The position numbers and the translations under genes are program-made. A stretch of 64,000 bases of DNA from Antedon mediterranea (lineage: Eukaryota; Animalia; Echinodermata), in NCBI RefSeq assembly GCF_964355755.1, contig NC_092676.1:22462871-22526870 (forward strand), written 5' to 3'. Of the stretch, positions 1-13,375 are shown piece after piece. Every line of letters begins with the position of its first letter. Position 1 is the stretch's first letter. Below the pieces are notes generated by a model. It was not told where the DNA came from. It searched no databases and was given only the letters and a program-made list of their open reading frames with translations.

Positions 1-596
1 ATTACAGATACTAAAAATAAAACTCTCTGTCCATGGGCTTCCACACATATTTCTAAATTAGACAAACTCTTTAAACTCCAAAAACGGGCTATTCGCATTT
101 GTACCAATTCTCACTATATAGCCCACACAAAGTCCCTTTTCTTTAAACTTAATACCCTAAACATCTTCGATATTAACAAATTACAAATCGCCACATTCAT
201 GCACAGATATTCAAACAATCAACTTCCAAATATTTTCAAACATTTCTTCATCAAAAATAATGAATTTCACAACTACAATACAAGAAACACCAACAATTAC
301 GCCACAATAAATTTAACCCATAACACAATCCGGAATTCTATCAAATACCATGGTCCTCTAGTATGGAATAATTTAAGTCAATCCTTACTAAATACTAATA
401 ACTTAAATACATTCAAATCCAAATATAAACAATTCCTTTTATCACAATACAGATCGTATTAATAAAACTTTTTCATCAAACTTTTTTTTTTTATTTGTCT
501 CACCTCCTGCAAGTATATATGATAGTACATATACTATACCCTTTACGTTTGTCCTTTTGTTGTGTTTGTATTGTCCTGTAGCGTAATTGTGTATAA

Positions 597-649
<53 letters not shown>

Positions 650-853
650 TTTCTACTACTTTAATTAATATTTAATTATTGTCTATTGTAATTGATACAA
701 TAATTAGTGTATTTTGTACTGGTGAAACCAGGCTTAAAGCTCTATATTGAGCTTATTTGGTCTTTTCCAGGCTTTGCATTTTTTTATTTAATACTTATTA
801 TGTAAAAATATTAAGTTTGATGCATTGTGAAATAAAAACGAACGAACGAACGA
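1..853 (+). mobile_element. LINE retrotransposon 3' end (CR1/L2-like ORF2 C-terminus, 3'UTR and (AACG)n tail)
   Basis: ORF 199-462 has the HNYNTR...IKYHGPLVWNNL...FK pattern typical of LINE ORF2 C-termini. It is followed by a UTR ending in AATAAA and AACG repeats at ~831-853. Confidence 0.8.
605..642. repeat. (TA)n microsatellite
   Basis: Perfect AT dinucleotide run. Confidence 0.95.
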
Positions 854-928
854 ATATTAATATTAATACAGCTGTAATTTAATTAAGAAATTAAGACAAG
901 TTTGTAATAAACAAAGTAATACACTTAC

Positions 929-1000
929 AGTCCTTTCAATGCTGTCAAACCAGCAAATGCATTGGCTGGCAATGTACTTATTTGATTACCATCCAAGTAC
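929..1000 (-). CDS. 72-bp LRR exon
   Basis: LxxNxIxxLPxxAFxGLxxLxxL consensus, GTAAGT donor, ttgag acceptor. Confidence 0.8.
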
Positions 1001-4000
1001 CTCAAATAGAAAAAGAATGCACAGAATAAGCACATGGAGTAATCACAATATAAATTATGTTTGTCTTTATGTTTCCTAATGTTTAAATTAGTAATACTAC
1101 ATTATAGTTACACTGCATAGTATAGTGTCAACTCTTATACTTGAATGATGTCAAATATACTATTAGTACAGGCTATATATGGTTTGACCTTGAAAAAATT
1201 CTAATAAAAGGTCTTTTGGTATTTTATTGTAGCTTTAGGTGTGAATAATTACCAAAAAATTTTTGCAGCCTTCTACTCTAGTTGCTGCGTTAGTGAGATA
1301 TTGAGGGTCAAAGGTCAGTGACCTTTTTGTGGCATTTGATGGCTCATAACTCCTCAACTCCTGGGTTTAAAAAGACAAATGTGGTGTCTACATCTATGGT
1401 TTAGTGGTCAAACAACAAAATAAAGTTTTTTCAAATTTTTGGTCACTTGTGCCATTGGTCAGATAGTCGGGGTCAAAGGTCATTGACCTTTATTCATTAA
1501 TTGTTCATAACTCTTCAACTACTGCACCAAACAGGACAAAAGTAGTGTCTAAACCTAGGTTTCTGGGGTCAATAAATACAATTAACATATTATCAAAGCA
1601 GTCAGATGGCATCATTAATACTTTTTATACAGTACTCACAATACATTAAATATCAAATACGTCATTTAAATGATACGCGCAGAAGATTATCGTCATAAAC
1701 AATTTAACTTTCATTTGTACACATTGATGGACTACACGTAGCTACCGTCATCATCAACATCAAAAGAAGTATAGTCCACTGCTTTAATAACATTCTCGCA
1801 GCCATCAACCTGACAAGGGCCACAAGCATTTGTGCATGGCATATTGGCTTTTTTGCAAGAACATCTTAAGTTGCTGCATTCGGTTTTGCAATTGCACCTA
1901 AGGACCTTCAAAAGTTCGTCTGGTGCATGTTTGTCATTTGTCATAATAGGAAGAATGCAGTTTTCATCCTTTTGCCATCCCCATTTGCATGGGTTAAGGT
2001 AATCACCATGGGCCCACATGTTAACCTGATGGTAAACTCTCAGACTATGAAAAAACGTTGCCGACTTGGTTGGTGGCAACTGAGATGGTTTAACAACCTT
2101 TGTAGATGTAGATACTTTCCGTTTAAAAACTCGCTCTCTTAATTCAGAGAGAGTCCCATTCTTTTCACCACCAAAAAGCTCCAACATTGCCATTCGCCCA
2201 TGTTCATCTATTGTTGTCGGATCCTGGCCTGATTTCAAAAATGCTTTAGTACACATTTTCAATACATCAGACTTCTTGAACTTTCCTATAATTGTTTTCT
2301 TTCCAACATTTGCTATCCTGGAGACTGTATCACACCCTGTAAAAGCATGCAAAAATGGCAATGCTTGGCAAATTTCATTACCAACGGCTTTTTTGAGTGT
2401 TGTAATACATAATACTTTTTTTAGTCCATTTCTCTCGTTCAGGAAAAAAACAGGCTTGTGATGATCTTCGAGATGATACAGAAGAAGCACAATGAGGTCT
2501 GTATCTTCACCTACTAAAGTGACAGGTGAAGATTCTGCAACTGTTAAAGCTGCCTGAACTATGGTGGTGTCAGCATCGCCTATAGCTTGTCTAACTTTGC
2601 AATTGTGCTTCGTTAATTCGGCTGATAAAAATGAAATCAATCGCTTTTTATTGGCAACATTGCTTAGGAAGACTTCTCTGTCATACTTGCACTCGGTATT
2701 TAGGTTGAAGTTGACTTTATGGTTGCCACCCTTCCTTCTCTTTTCTTGTGCGTTGCCTTTCGTTGAAAATAATTGGTCATAACCATCGAATACAACATCA
2801 GCTTTGCCATACTTGTGGGTAGTATAGTCTATATAATTATTTACTATCCTTTCGAAAGATACTCCTTTAACCCAAACAAGCTTGTGTAAAAGATAGCCAC
2901 CATCAATTACAAATCGATCAGTCATTGGCACTTCATTGTTTTCATACATTAGGTTTGGTTCAGTGATGTCTTCATCATTCCTTGTGGTTTGTTCACCTAA
3001 TGTTGAGACTGCCTCAGCTATTAGTGCTTCTTTCAACTTTGGCTTATCAGCTGTCAGCATAACATATTTTCGTGAAAACAACGCTGGTGGATATGGAGCC
3101 AATTCATAATTGAACACATTCTTTGTATCAATTTCAACATTCTGTTGAATTATCAGTAACCGTTGAAAAAGCACAGTAGGGTCAATACTGATGTCCTTGT
3201 CGATCTTTAATTTATTTGTAGATCCCATTGTAACTGCTTTCTGGTTTCTTTTGAATTTATGCAAAAATGCACTCTTTCCATACATAGTTTTAATAATCTC
3301 ATTCCCAACAGACTGGTATGAGTCCACATTTACTTCTTGACTTGCGACTTCACCAGTAACAATATTTCTTAGTGATGGATCTGATGAAAATGGAGAGTAC
3401 TCTTTTAAAACTTTATACAGACGAGAAACATCATCACAATCTCTTTTCAGTCTTGCTGTTTGCAATGTTTCATGTTGTACACTTGTCACTAAGTCTACAT
3501 TGGTGCATTCTTGCATAGCTTGGTTAACTGCTGCTCTATGCGGCATCGATTGTGTCCACAGATTCCGCTGTGCTTCTGTCATTCGACTGCCTCTTGTCAG
3601 CCCGCCTGATGTTTTGAGCGATCTCATCAAAGTTTGTTCTATGGTCAGATCTGAACTGAGTCCTGCCCAGAACTTGTCAGTGCGTCTTACTACATGGAAA
3701 CCATTCTTGAATCTATGGTAAATTTGCGGGTGCTCTTCTGGAAGTTTCAGCATATGCTCTAAGAAGAAGTGTGATGATCTTAGGTAATTAAAATTACCAC
3801 TTGCAGCCAGAACTGGTAAACTATCCTGAATAGATTTCAGCATCAAGTTCCAATTTCCAGAACGGTCGGCAGTCACTAAATTTCTGGCTAGCTTTACCAT
3901 ACTCATGTATTTCATAAAAAGGCATGACGTTCTTGACTTTGAATCCAACAACATTTTCAACTCATTTAGAGGTAATTCAACATTATATCTTTCTGGAATA

Positions 4001-7000
4001 TCAATGATATTTGCTTCATTATTTTCAATCTTAGTATAGATATTTTCAAGTTTTGTGATTGATGCTGTAAGGTTGCTCTCTTCTTCTAACATATCTAACA
4101 ACAACAAATTCAAAGACTTTTCCATGAGTAAGTGACCCCGGAAAGCTTTGTTGACTGCTTTTCCAGTAAGCATATGGTGAACTACATTTTCACCATAAAT
4201 GGTAGCAAGAATTTCTTGCAAACCACTTCCTTCCATCAGCTTTCCTATTGCTCCAAGGAGATCCATGAGAAAGTGAAATCCACCCATCATGACAACTACG
4301 TTTTTCAGTTCTGGTGAGTTTATAATTATTTCAACAGCCTTCCAGTAGAGTGGTTGGTCAAAAGTAACTACCGCATCTTGGTCATGTTTCTTCGCAATAG
4401 TTGATACATAGTGTAAACCTGAAAGTAAACATGATCGATCACCTGAATACAAGTCAATCATTGGCAAGAAGTTGATTGTAGAAACTCCTGGATAATCTTG
4501 TTGACTGTGCACTCTTGTCATTATTCCTTGCCATAACGGCATTGGTCGTTTAAATTTAACACTGAATTCCCATAAAAGATCAACTTTCAATTCAACTGCA
4601 GGAAGCACTGGTAGCTCATGAAATATTTTATCTAGATGACTCTTTCCATAACCATATTGAAGAATCGGTATCTTTGGAGTTGAACTGGGAGGGTTGTCTT
4701 TTTGAGGTTTTCTACATATAGTGTGGTGAGTCATCTTCTTGGCTGGTGTAGTTGCCGCAATGATACCAAGACCATGAAAGCTTCCCTTTCCATCCAGTGT
4801 ATTAGTATTATGGTCTACATTGTCTTGTGCAAACAATAACTGAAAGACATTTCCATCGTCTTCAAAGTCTTCTAGAAAGTCATAAGTGTTAGCAGCATTG
4901 ATATAGTAACGTTGGACCTCTTCATACGACGCACAAAATCCTAGATTATGCAACTCATCTACTATGAATTTTGATCTTGTTAAATGGTGTAGTTGCACAG
5001 CCAAGCCATGTTGCAGTGGTGCCAAAACAGCTCTAGGTCGCACTGCCTGTATCATAGCCTGGCCAATGCTTGCTGACTTTATTGGCGTCTTCTCTTTGCT
5101 GAATAAAATGACAACAAAGGTGGCAGAAACTCTAAAGCTTTGTCTGCACTCAATTCTGATGTGTCTGGATATACTGTTAAATCTGAAGTTAAGGTCTTCA
5201 TTTCTGCTTTTAAAAGTCTGGCAGCAGCTCCGACTATCTCCGAAGTTTCATCATCCAGGCTACCAACATTTCTATCATAAAAAGACCTGTTAAAATATAA
5301 GTTATAGCATTTGAAATATACATTTTGTTGTATCTAAAATGAATAATAATAAAAACAACCTTGTTACTTTTAAAATAATTGTACATTACTGACCTTAAGA
5401 TTTCAGCAGCACTGATATTCAAAGTAACAATATCCTCTTTTCCTTGTTCTTCGATTATGTATATGTCATTCTTAAATCTTTCTATTAGTAGTTTCTTAAA
5501 ATACCTTCGAGCATATGGTTCTGAATATTCTCCCATTTTGTCTAGAAACAGAAATAAATAATATGATTGATTTATGTTCATTTTGTAACCTACACAAATA
5601 TTTGTTAATCTGATACTTGATATTATACATTACTTACCAACTAATACAGACATTGGAAACAGTTCTGTGTCATGGTCTTCAATAAACTCACAAACGTTAT
5701 CAAATGCAATCAATTGGTCCTTTGTTTTGATTCTACCACGGGAGTGTTGACCAGGTTCCTTTTTCATATATCCACTAGCTTGAGAGGTTTTACTTGGAAT
5801 TCCATAGCCATTACGAAAACTGGAATTACATATGGCATGGTATCTCGATTCAGATGCAGGCAAATCATTGTAAAACTCTAAGCGACAATTAACATCCGTT
5901 GCCCACTCGTCATTTCTTTTTGTAATTACGTTTTTCATAGAAGCTGCAAACCTCATAGTTTGGACATGATGATAGACTAATTTTGATCTTTCGTTGATCT
6001 TGTGTCCACATAAGATACAATCTATATCATTGTTAAAGTCACTTAAACTACGAGTCAGTTTTAGCTTTTTTTCTTGCGATGTTAGCTGTCTCTGAAAAAT
6101 AAAGGATACATTACATTTACATTACATTACATTATAATATAAAATAGCTTGATAATAATAATAAATAATAAATGTTATGTTATTACATTATAAAATAGCC
6201 CTTTGTTCTAGTTTTCAATTAACAGGAATTACCTTTGTGCCTTTAATGTATGGCCAGCGGCATTCATTATGAACATACTGCCCTATAGCAGTAACAATGT
6301 TGACTCCTTGTTCCAAAAGTGCCCTATTCAAGGTTAGTACTCCTTTCTGATACAGTTTATTTACACCACTGTCAGTTGTGTTCACAGTTTTCAAACACAA
6401 TGCACAGCTAGGTAATTCTTCTGACAGCTCTTGTGAAAGTGTTACCTGTAAATTTTAGACATACACTATTGTATATTATATAAAAATATTTAAATAGGCT
6501 TACACTGATTGATATTAAGTTATATTAGCATATATTGTTTAAAAAATGCCAAAAGTTATTCAAATAAAAGTATTTGCCGCTATATATATAACATATAATT
6601 ATAAGATATCCTTCATTTTAATGTCCACAAAATAATTGACATACCAACTGATCGCTAGAGTCCAGTGTATCCATTGTAAATCAAGACATTTATTTTGGTG
6701 GTAAAAATAACCATACACTCTATAGTGGTAAAACGGAAATACATAATTAGAGTATGACTACAGCCTAGCTACAGGCTGGGCCTAGTCTATGCATATTATA
6801 TTATAGTAGTCCAAATTTTGAAGTAAATTAGTAAAAAAAATAAATATGATTATAATGTTTATCATTAAAAATTATATAAAAAAATTTAAATTAGCAAACA
6901 TTCCACTACTACTAATAATAATAGGTGTTACAAGCTAGGCCTAGTAGCCTAGTAATGTATATAAATTTGTCTTCAATTGGTCTAATCTGAGCCCATTGTT

Positions 7001-10000
7001 GCCTTGACCTAGCTAGGCCTAGGTCTATATTTAGGCCTATATTTCTTAGAAGGCTTATACATTATAATATATATTTTTTAATTGCTAATTACATGTTTAT
7101 AGTAATTGGAAATAAACTTACCAGAGGTTGTATTGATATTTATATAACACTAGACAACAAATAGTTGCTGGAAAATATGTAGTCAGTCAGTTAAAATACA
7201 AATTTGCTTTGCTGGTCCCTGATTGGTTGAAAGTTAAAACAGCTGCTTTGATTGGTTAATTTACATTTAATACTTTAGACAGTTCATTTTGATACTACCA
7301 GGTGAACATGTAGGCATACAGAGTAATTTACTTTATACATTTAAATATTTTTCCTTTAATTTTATAAAATTCTAAATGATGTGCCATTGCTCATTGTTGG
7401 CATTGATATCGCTATGTGTATCATTTAAATGACGTATTGGACATTTAATGTATTGTGAGTACTGTATAAAAAGTATTAATGATGCCATCTGACTGCTTTG
7501 ATAATATGTTAATTGTATTTATTGACCCCAGAAACCTAGGTTTAGACACTACTTTTGTCCTGTTTGGTGCAGTAGTTGAAGAGTTATGAACAATTAATGA
7601 ATAAAGGTCAATGACCTTTGACCCCGACTATCTGACCAATCGCACAAGTGACCAAAAATTTGAAAAAACTTTATTTTGTTGTTTGACCACTAAACCATAG
7701 ATGTAGACACCACATTTGTCTTTTTAAACCCAGGAGTTGAGGAGTTATGAGCCATCAAATGCCACAAAAAGGTCACTGACCTTTGACCCTCAATATTTCA
7801 CTAACGCAGCAACTAGAACGCTGCAAAAATTTTTTGGTAATTATTCACACCTAAAGCTACAAGAAAATACCAAAAGACCTTTTATTAGAATTTTTTCAAG
7901 GTTACATAGGATAAATGTCACATATAGCCTGTACTATATGTTAAAATAGAATATTGTTTTTAATTTGCAACTCAGACAAAATCACTACATGAAATGTTAT
8001 TTCTAGACAAACTCACTCCAACAAATTTTAATTAATTGATTACAATTATGAAAGAGAAAATAGTTTTAAATATTATTATTAACAAATTATTATTTCAAAC
8101 ATATACAGATTAAGATTTTTTTATAAATTTGTAATACTGTACTGACAAAAAGGATCTATGGTAGTTATTATAGCATTGTTCTCTAAATTGCAGTTGAAAT
8201 ATAAATGTATATACCACATTTGATTTAAAAAATACATAATTTTCATTATTGTAAGTAGAAAAAAAAATTGTATTGTTTAGTTAAATCAAATAAAAATTAA
8301 ATTTCATGACATTATTTTAATATTTCACTCTGTTGCCTAAAATGTTTACATTATTAGACTGCATGAGTATAGTTTCAACTCTTATACTTGGATCATGTCA
8401 AAATAATATACTAATACAATAATAATACTATAGTATACAAATAATGAATGTTTATGAGTGCAATGGTACAAATAATGGCACGAGGTGAATGATGAAAGGT
8501 TATATCAACAAGGCAAAGCCGAGTTGATATAACCTTTCATCATTCACCAAGTGCCATTATTTGTACCATTACACGAATACAAAACATTCATTATTTGTTT
8601 TATATAACATCTAAATAAATTCTAGTTATTTGAATCAAATAAAAGGTAGCCCTAGCCAAAGCTTACTACATTTCATTCACACACATTTGATTAAAAACAG
8701 TAACATTTGGTTTTTAATAATGTTATATTAAATGTTATATTTATATGGATTTCGTAAACACACCTACTTTTGTGTTAATTATGTCAACAAACGACCAAAC
8801 AATCCTAGGCCTAGCAAGGCTAAAACGCCTAGGCTAGGCCTAGCCTAATACTAGCATGGCCTAGGCTAGACCTAGTAGCCTAGTGTACTAGCTTGGCTGA
8901 AAGGCAAAACTTCGACAGACAATTGGAACTTATCTAAGCTAATTATGGTTTTTCCAACAATTCCACGTCTTGTAGGGATGTCCCCATTAATTAATCAAAA
9001 TCCTAAAAACGATCTAAAGCTAATTTAAATGCCTTTTTGAATGAAATTAGTACATAATGTCCAAATCGTACACAAATATCTGCTGCTGTTGCATATCTCG
9101 CGGTGGTGTTTACAAATGAAACTGAGACCAGACGACAGGTGGCGCTGTTGTATTTCACAGTACATAGCCATATCATAGGATAATTTGTGTACTAGATTTT
9201 TTTTCATCCGCGAGACGTTTTTTTTTTCGTACACAAAAATTTTTCAAAAAGTACTATTTAACGATCGTTGAATAGTGCGTACTATTGCACGCCATGTGAC
9301 CCACATTCGTCCAATCAAATGACAGGAATTTATATAGGTGTTATATAATACATGTTATGAAAGGATTTGTTTCTCAGATAAATTACTGCAAACAAATTTA
9401 AATTAATTGATTGAGAGAGATTATAATTTGCAACATTTTTAATAAAATATTATTTCAAACAGTTGTTGAAATCTGACAACAAAATAAATAACTCATTCAT
9501 TCATGTAATTGTATTGATATATGATGAAATATGACCTGAAATATATGAGTACCAAATTTGGTTTAATTATGATTCATGCTTGTCAAAATATGATTACAAA
9601 CATGATTTTGTTAAAATAGACCACGTAATTTTTGATTGCGCACCATGAAAACATAATCACATCGATTCCTGGATGAATTAACACTTGTTTTAAAGTTCTT
9701 GTTATAAAATGATGTTACTATGTTAAACCTACAATGTAGATATTAATACAGCTGTAATTTAATTAAGAAATTAAGACAAATTTGTAATAAATAAATAAAC
9801 AAAGCAAATGGTATTCCAATGCTGTCAAACCATCAAATGCATTGGCTGGCAATGTACTTATTTGATTACAATACAAGCCCGGCCCTCCAATATAAATGCA
9901 CAGAATGAATAAGCATATGGAGTAAATACGTACAATATCAATTATTTTTGGTTTTTTTGTTTCCTCAAATAATGTTTAAATTATCTATATTAGTAATACT

Positions 10001-12133
10001 ACATTATTAGTATAAATATCAATATTTTAAATAAAAAAGCACTGCAAGAAATTTCAATAAATTGATTGCAATTATGAAAGAGATAATAGTTTTTAATATT
10101 AATATTAATAACATATTATTTCAAACAATTTTGGCACAAAAAAAGTACAGGGTACAACAATTTGCATTTTGTACAACACGGTGACTGAAAAAAAAACTTT
10201 AGCAAGATATAAAAACAGTGGCTGTGCACAACATTTTGCCTTGTACAAAAACAGTTGTTGATTGGTACAAAAACAGTTGATAGGAACATAGCGGTGGCAG
10301 GGTACAACTTGCGTTATACAACACGGTGACTGGAAACAAACTTAAACGGTAGCAGGATATAGAAACGGTGGCAGGATACAAAAGCAGTAGGGTATAAAAT
10401 CTGCATTGTACAAAAACGGTGGCAAGGGTACATAAACTTGGGTTGTACAACAGTGGCTGAGAACAAAAACAGTGGCAGGATATAAAAACTTGGGTTGTAC
10501 AACAGTGGCTGAGAACAAAAACAGTGGCAGGATATAAAAACTTGGGTTGTACAACAGTGGCTGAGAACAAAACCGTGGCAAGATACACACTTGTAGTATT
10601 TTACAAAAACAAAATGGTAGTGTACAAAAACTGAAACAGTAGCATGGTAACTAACCATAGCAGGGCTAAAAAAATGGAGGTAACCCCCTGTTAGTTCTTC
10701 AAAATGCAAGGATGGGAAAGGGATTGGTGGTTGCCTCAAGCAAGGCACAATTCATTTATTAAGCCTACTTACAATTTTGTTACTGGATTATGATTACTGT
10801 ACTGAGCAAGTTGTGTCTGTATGATAGTATTCCATGTATCACAATAAGCATTATTGTAAAAATTGCTGTGACAATAACAAAGTCTTGGGCATACACTTTT
10901 TTCTGTTAAAAATATAAAAATATTTTAAAATGAGTAAATAATAAAAAGTAACATATTTTATTTAGTTATCACAGTATAAAACATACTAAATCAGCAGTCA
11001 GAAAACGTTGTGGAGAAAAATATATTAAAAACAAATACAAATTAAAATGTATAAAAGTTGCATATATAATACTTGCTACTACATTTACTTGTCTATCAAT
11101 ATAGAATATGTGTGATTTTAATATAGATGAAAAGGGAAATTGCTACCAAAAATGGTAATGGCTGCATACAACAACAAAAATAAGCAAAAAGCTAAATCAA
11201 AACGGTTTTGTAAAAATAGCCAGAAAGAAATTACAGAGCTTACAGGTAACATTACACCTTCCTTAGTAGTGTAGGGGTACATAGAGATAAGTAAGAATAC
11301 AAGGTAGACAAGAGCTGCTGATTATACTAAACTAAAACATATAGCCATTTCCTTCTCAAGTTGAATAAAGCAATTTGCACTAGAAAAAAGTGACATTTAA
11401 GTACAAGCACGTGCCAGGATTTGTGCTTCCTTTTTCACCACAAATAGGGGGAAAGGGTGTAAGTGTAACAACTGAAAAACATCAACATAATTTGCCTGCT
11501 GGATAGCAGAGAACTTTCACTGCTGTTTCTTGTTTGAAAAAGACACTATTCAGGGGGAAAGGGTTTAACCCTACAAATCTTCCACCTACAGGGTTGAAGT
11601 AGTCCTCATTGATGAAACATGGCGTATCATGAAAAATGTAATAATAGGTATAGGATCCAAGTGAAATAAATAATATAAAATGGTAAATCAGTAAAACAAA
11701 ACCAAAAATATTGTTACTGAAGTGATGGTTTGTTGTGTGAAAAAGAAGCTGATAACATTGAAATTCAAATTTAAATAAAAAAAACTGAAAATGCAAAGTT
11801 TGGCCAAACAATACTTTAGGTTATTTTTTTTTAAAGTGAAGATTTAGTAAAATAAATGTTGAAACAGGTTTCTTTTGGAGAATGAACAACAATATGAATA
11901 TTTTAAAAATGGATGATACCCCCATTTATAATCACTCATTCACTCACTCACTTATTCGTACATAATTAGTATATAAAAATGAAGATTACTCAAAATTAAT
12001 TTTCATTTCAAAAATACAATTTTTTGAATGTTTGAAAATAAGATGGTAAATTAATCTTACCATTCACATCGGAACTATAACAGCTAGAAAACAGCAATGG
12101 TACCAACAGCACGAGGGTGTTAAAGATAGACAT
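929..12133 (-). CDS. 5' part of a secreted/membrane leucine-rich-repeat protein gene (partial, possibly decaying)
   Basis: Signal-peptide exon 12133-12061 (MSIFNTLVLLVPLLFSSCYSSDVN, phase-1 GTAAG donor). Probable phase 2-2 exon ~10865-10773 (NFYNNAYCDTWNTIIQTQLAQYSNHNPVTKL). 72-bp phase 2-2 LRR exon 1000-929 (YLDGNQISTLPANAFAGLTALKGL). No intact linking phase 1-to-2 exon was found. The gene continues left of the window. Confidence 0.6.
1164..1676 (+). repeat. Left TIR of Academ element
   Basis: Reverse complement of 7418-7936 with few differences. Contains an internal ~165-bp imperfect duplication. Confidence 0.95.
1732..6674 (-). CDS. Academ transposase (DDE-like core, XPG/PIN-like nuclease, C-terminal Cys-rich zinc finger); spliced, with one apparent frameshift
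   Basis: Exons 6674-6645 (MDTLDSSDQL), 6445-6233, 6091-5638, 5541-5394 and 5286-1732, all GT-AG and phase-consistent. Motifs DNVDH, TFDQPLY, GGFH, DLTIEQ, IDGG, VVFDGY, GEDTD, HAFTGCD, CxC...CSC...C. Frame break near 5112. Confidence 0.85.
7418..7936 (-). repeat. Right TIR of Academ element
   Basis: Inverted copy of 1164-1676. Confidence 0.95.
8437..9350. mobile_element. Non-autonomous element with a terminal ~160-bp hairpin and asymmetric inverted repeat (Crypton-like; class uncertain)
   Basis: Hairpin 8437-8598 centred on aggcaaagccg. ttatataacatctaaataaattc (8600-8622) is inverted to gaatttatataggtgttatataa (9326-9348). Confidence 0.6.
9811..9880 (-). pseudogene. Decayed duplicate LRR exon
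   Basis: Encodes LYCNQISTLPANAFDGLTALEY, paralogous to 929-1000 together with its flanking intron, but the GT donor is lost. Confidence 0.7.
10140..10650. repeat. Degenerate minisatellite, ~53-bp core
   Basis: aaacttgggttgtacaacagtggctgagaacaaaaacagtggcaggatata occurs ~3 times near-perfectly at 10435-10585, with decayed flanking copies. Confidence 0.8.
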
Positions 12134-13133
12134 CTTTGTACACAAATTTACCGATATCGGAGTGTTACTAGTTAACTTTACTTCTGCGAGTCAGCTCAAT
12201 TTGTGAGAATTAAATGTTTTGTTTAAAGAATTTTGTTTAGCACTTCTAGTGAGTTTTAATAATTTAGACAAATAATTTCACCAGATGTATTCAGGTTTTG
12301 CTGATAGGAGTCCTAATGGTTCATCTTAATGTATGCTACAGTATATTTAAGATGTTTTCATCATGCTTTTCGGTATGTTTTATATGTTTAGGACCCCTTT
12401 TATTTTTTCACCAGACAACAAAGTTTTAAAGATAAACATGTTCTTACCTAACTTTGTACCAATATCTGACAGTTGAATTGTTTAAAGATTACCTACCATA
12501 GCGTTTCTAGTAAGTGTTAATAATTTAGATAAATCACTTCACAAGATGCATCCAATGAAGAGTTTCACTGATGGAGTAGTAGGCGTAATGGTTCATGTTA
12601 ATATTTAATTAGAATGAAAATTCATCTGTTTTGCTAATTTAATAGAAAACTTTGACTCAAAGGTTAACATCCTTATTTCTTAACATATAACTGTTTATAT
12701 TCAAAGTAATATTAAACGTATAAAGTTTGTTAGCTGTTTCCGTCTATTATTGATTTCATCGTTTTTATTTTTTCTTAGGTTTTTTTTTTTTATAAATACT
12801 AGATTCGTATGAAGAATAATATGCTTTTAAATAGGATCCCTCCCGGTCACCTCATTGAAACTGGCAGCGGGCATTGGCAAGATTTTTAAAAAGGAGAGAG
12901 AGGATTTGAGAGGAGTGGAGCACATAATCGGCTGAGTACAGGCTATAGTGGCAGTATACCAATCGTACATGTGTGTTATTTCTCTTAAAAATATGAAGAA
13001 TTTCACATTTAAGAAACTTGTGATTATGAGGAAAGAGTGATGATAAGTGTAGTGAACGGTCACAGGACCGACAAAATTAGCTTCATAGTATTTAAACATT
13101 GCATATTGCATAATTTGGAGGAACATAATACCT

Positions 13134-13375
13134 CAGTAGACGCAGAAGAAAACAATTAATTATTCAGTAACTTTATTCCTCTAACTTATTGAATACACGG
13201 AAGAAAGCAAAGAATTATTCAATATCTTTATTCCTCGCTTAATGAATATTTATGAGGCGTGACGCAAGTGTGGGCATCATATGATCATACATCAGTAGAT
13301 GCGGAAGAAAGCAATGAATTATTCAATATCTTTATTCCTCATTTAATGAATATGTATGATGCATGACGCAAGGGT
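13134..13375. repeat. Imperfect tandem repeat (gaagaaagcaa...attattcaatatctttattcctc...gaata)
   Basis: About three copies visible. Confidence 0.6.

Larger units (their letters stand above)
1164..7936 (-). mobile_element. AcademX DNA transposon, near full length
   Basis: TAG...CTA termini, 3-bp TSD TAT (1161-1163 and 7937-7939), ~510-bp near-identical TIRs, internal transposase + XPG-like + Cys-rich gene. Confidence 0.9.

Noticed and set aside
1927-5881. Plus-strand short ORFs
   Set aside because: Antisense shadows of the transposase gene.
1167-7933. Reading the element as Tc1/mariner with TA TSD and CAGG ends
   Set aside because: The inverted match extends to TAG...CTA with a TAT duplication, and the protein is Academ-type.
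10116-10748. Overlapping ORFs of 63-144 aa
   Set aside because: Products of a minisatellite in several frames.
11243-11335. Candidate Cys-containing second exon of the LRR gene
   Set aside because: The best frame has an in-frame stop and incompatible splice phases; not supportable as intact.
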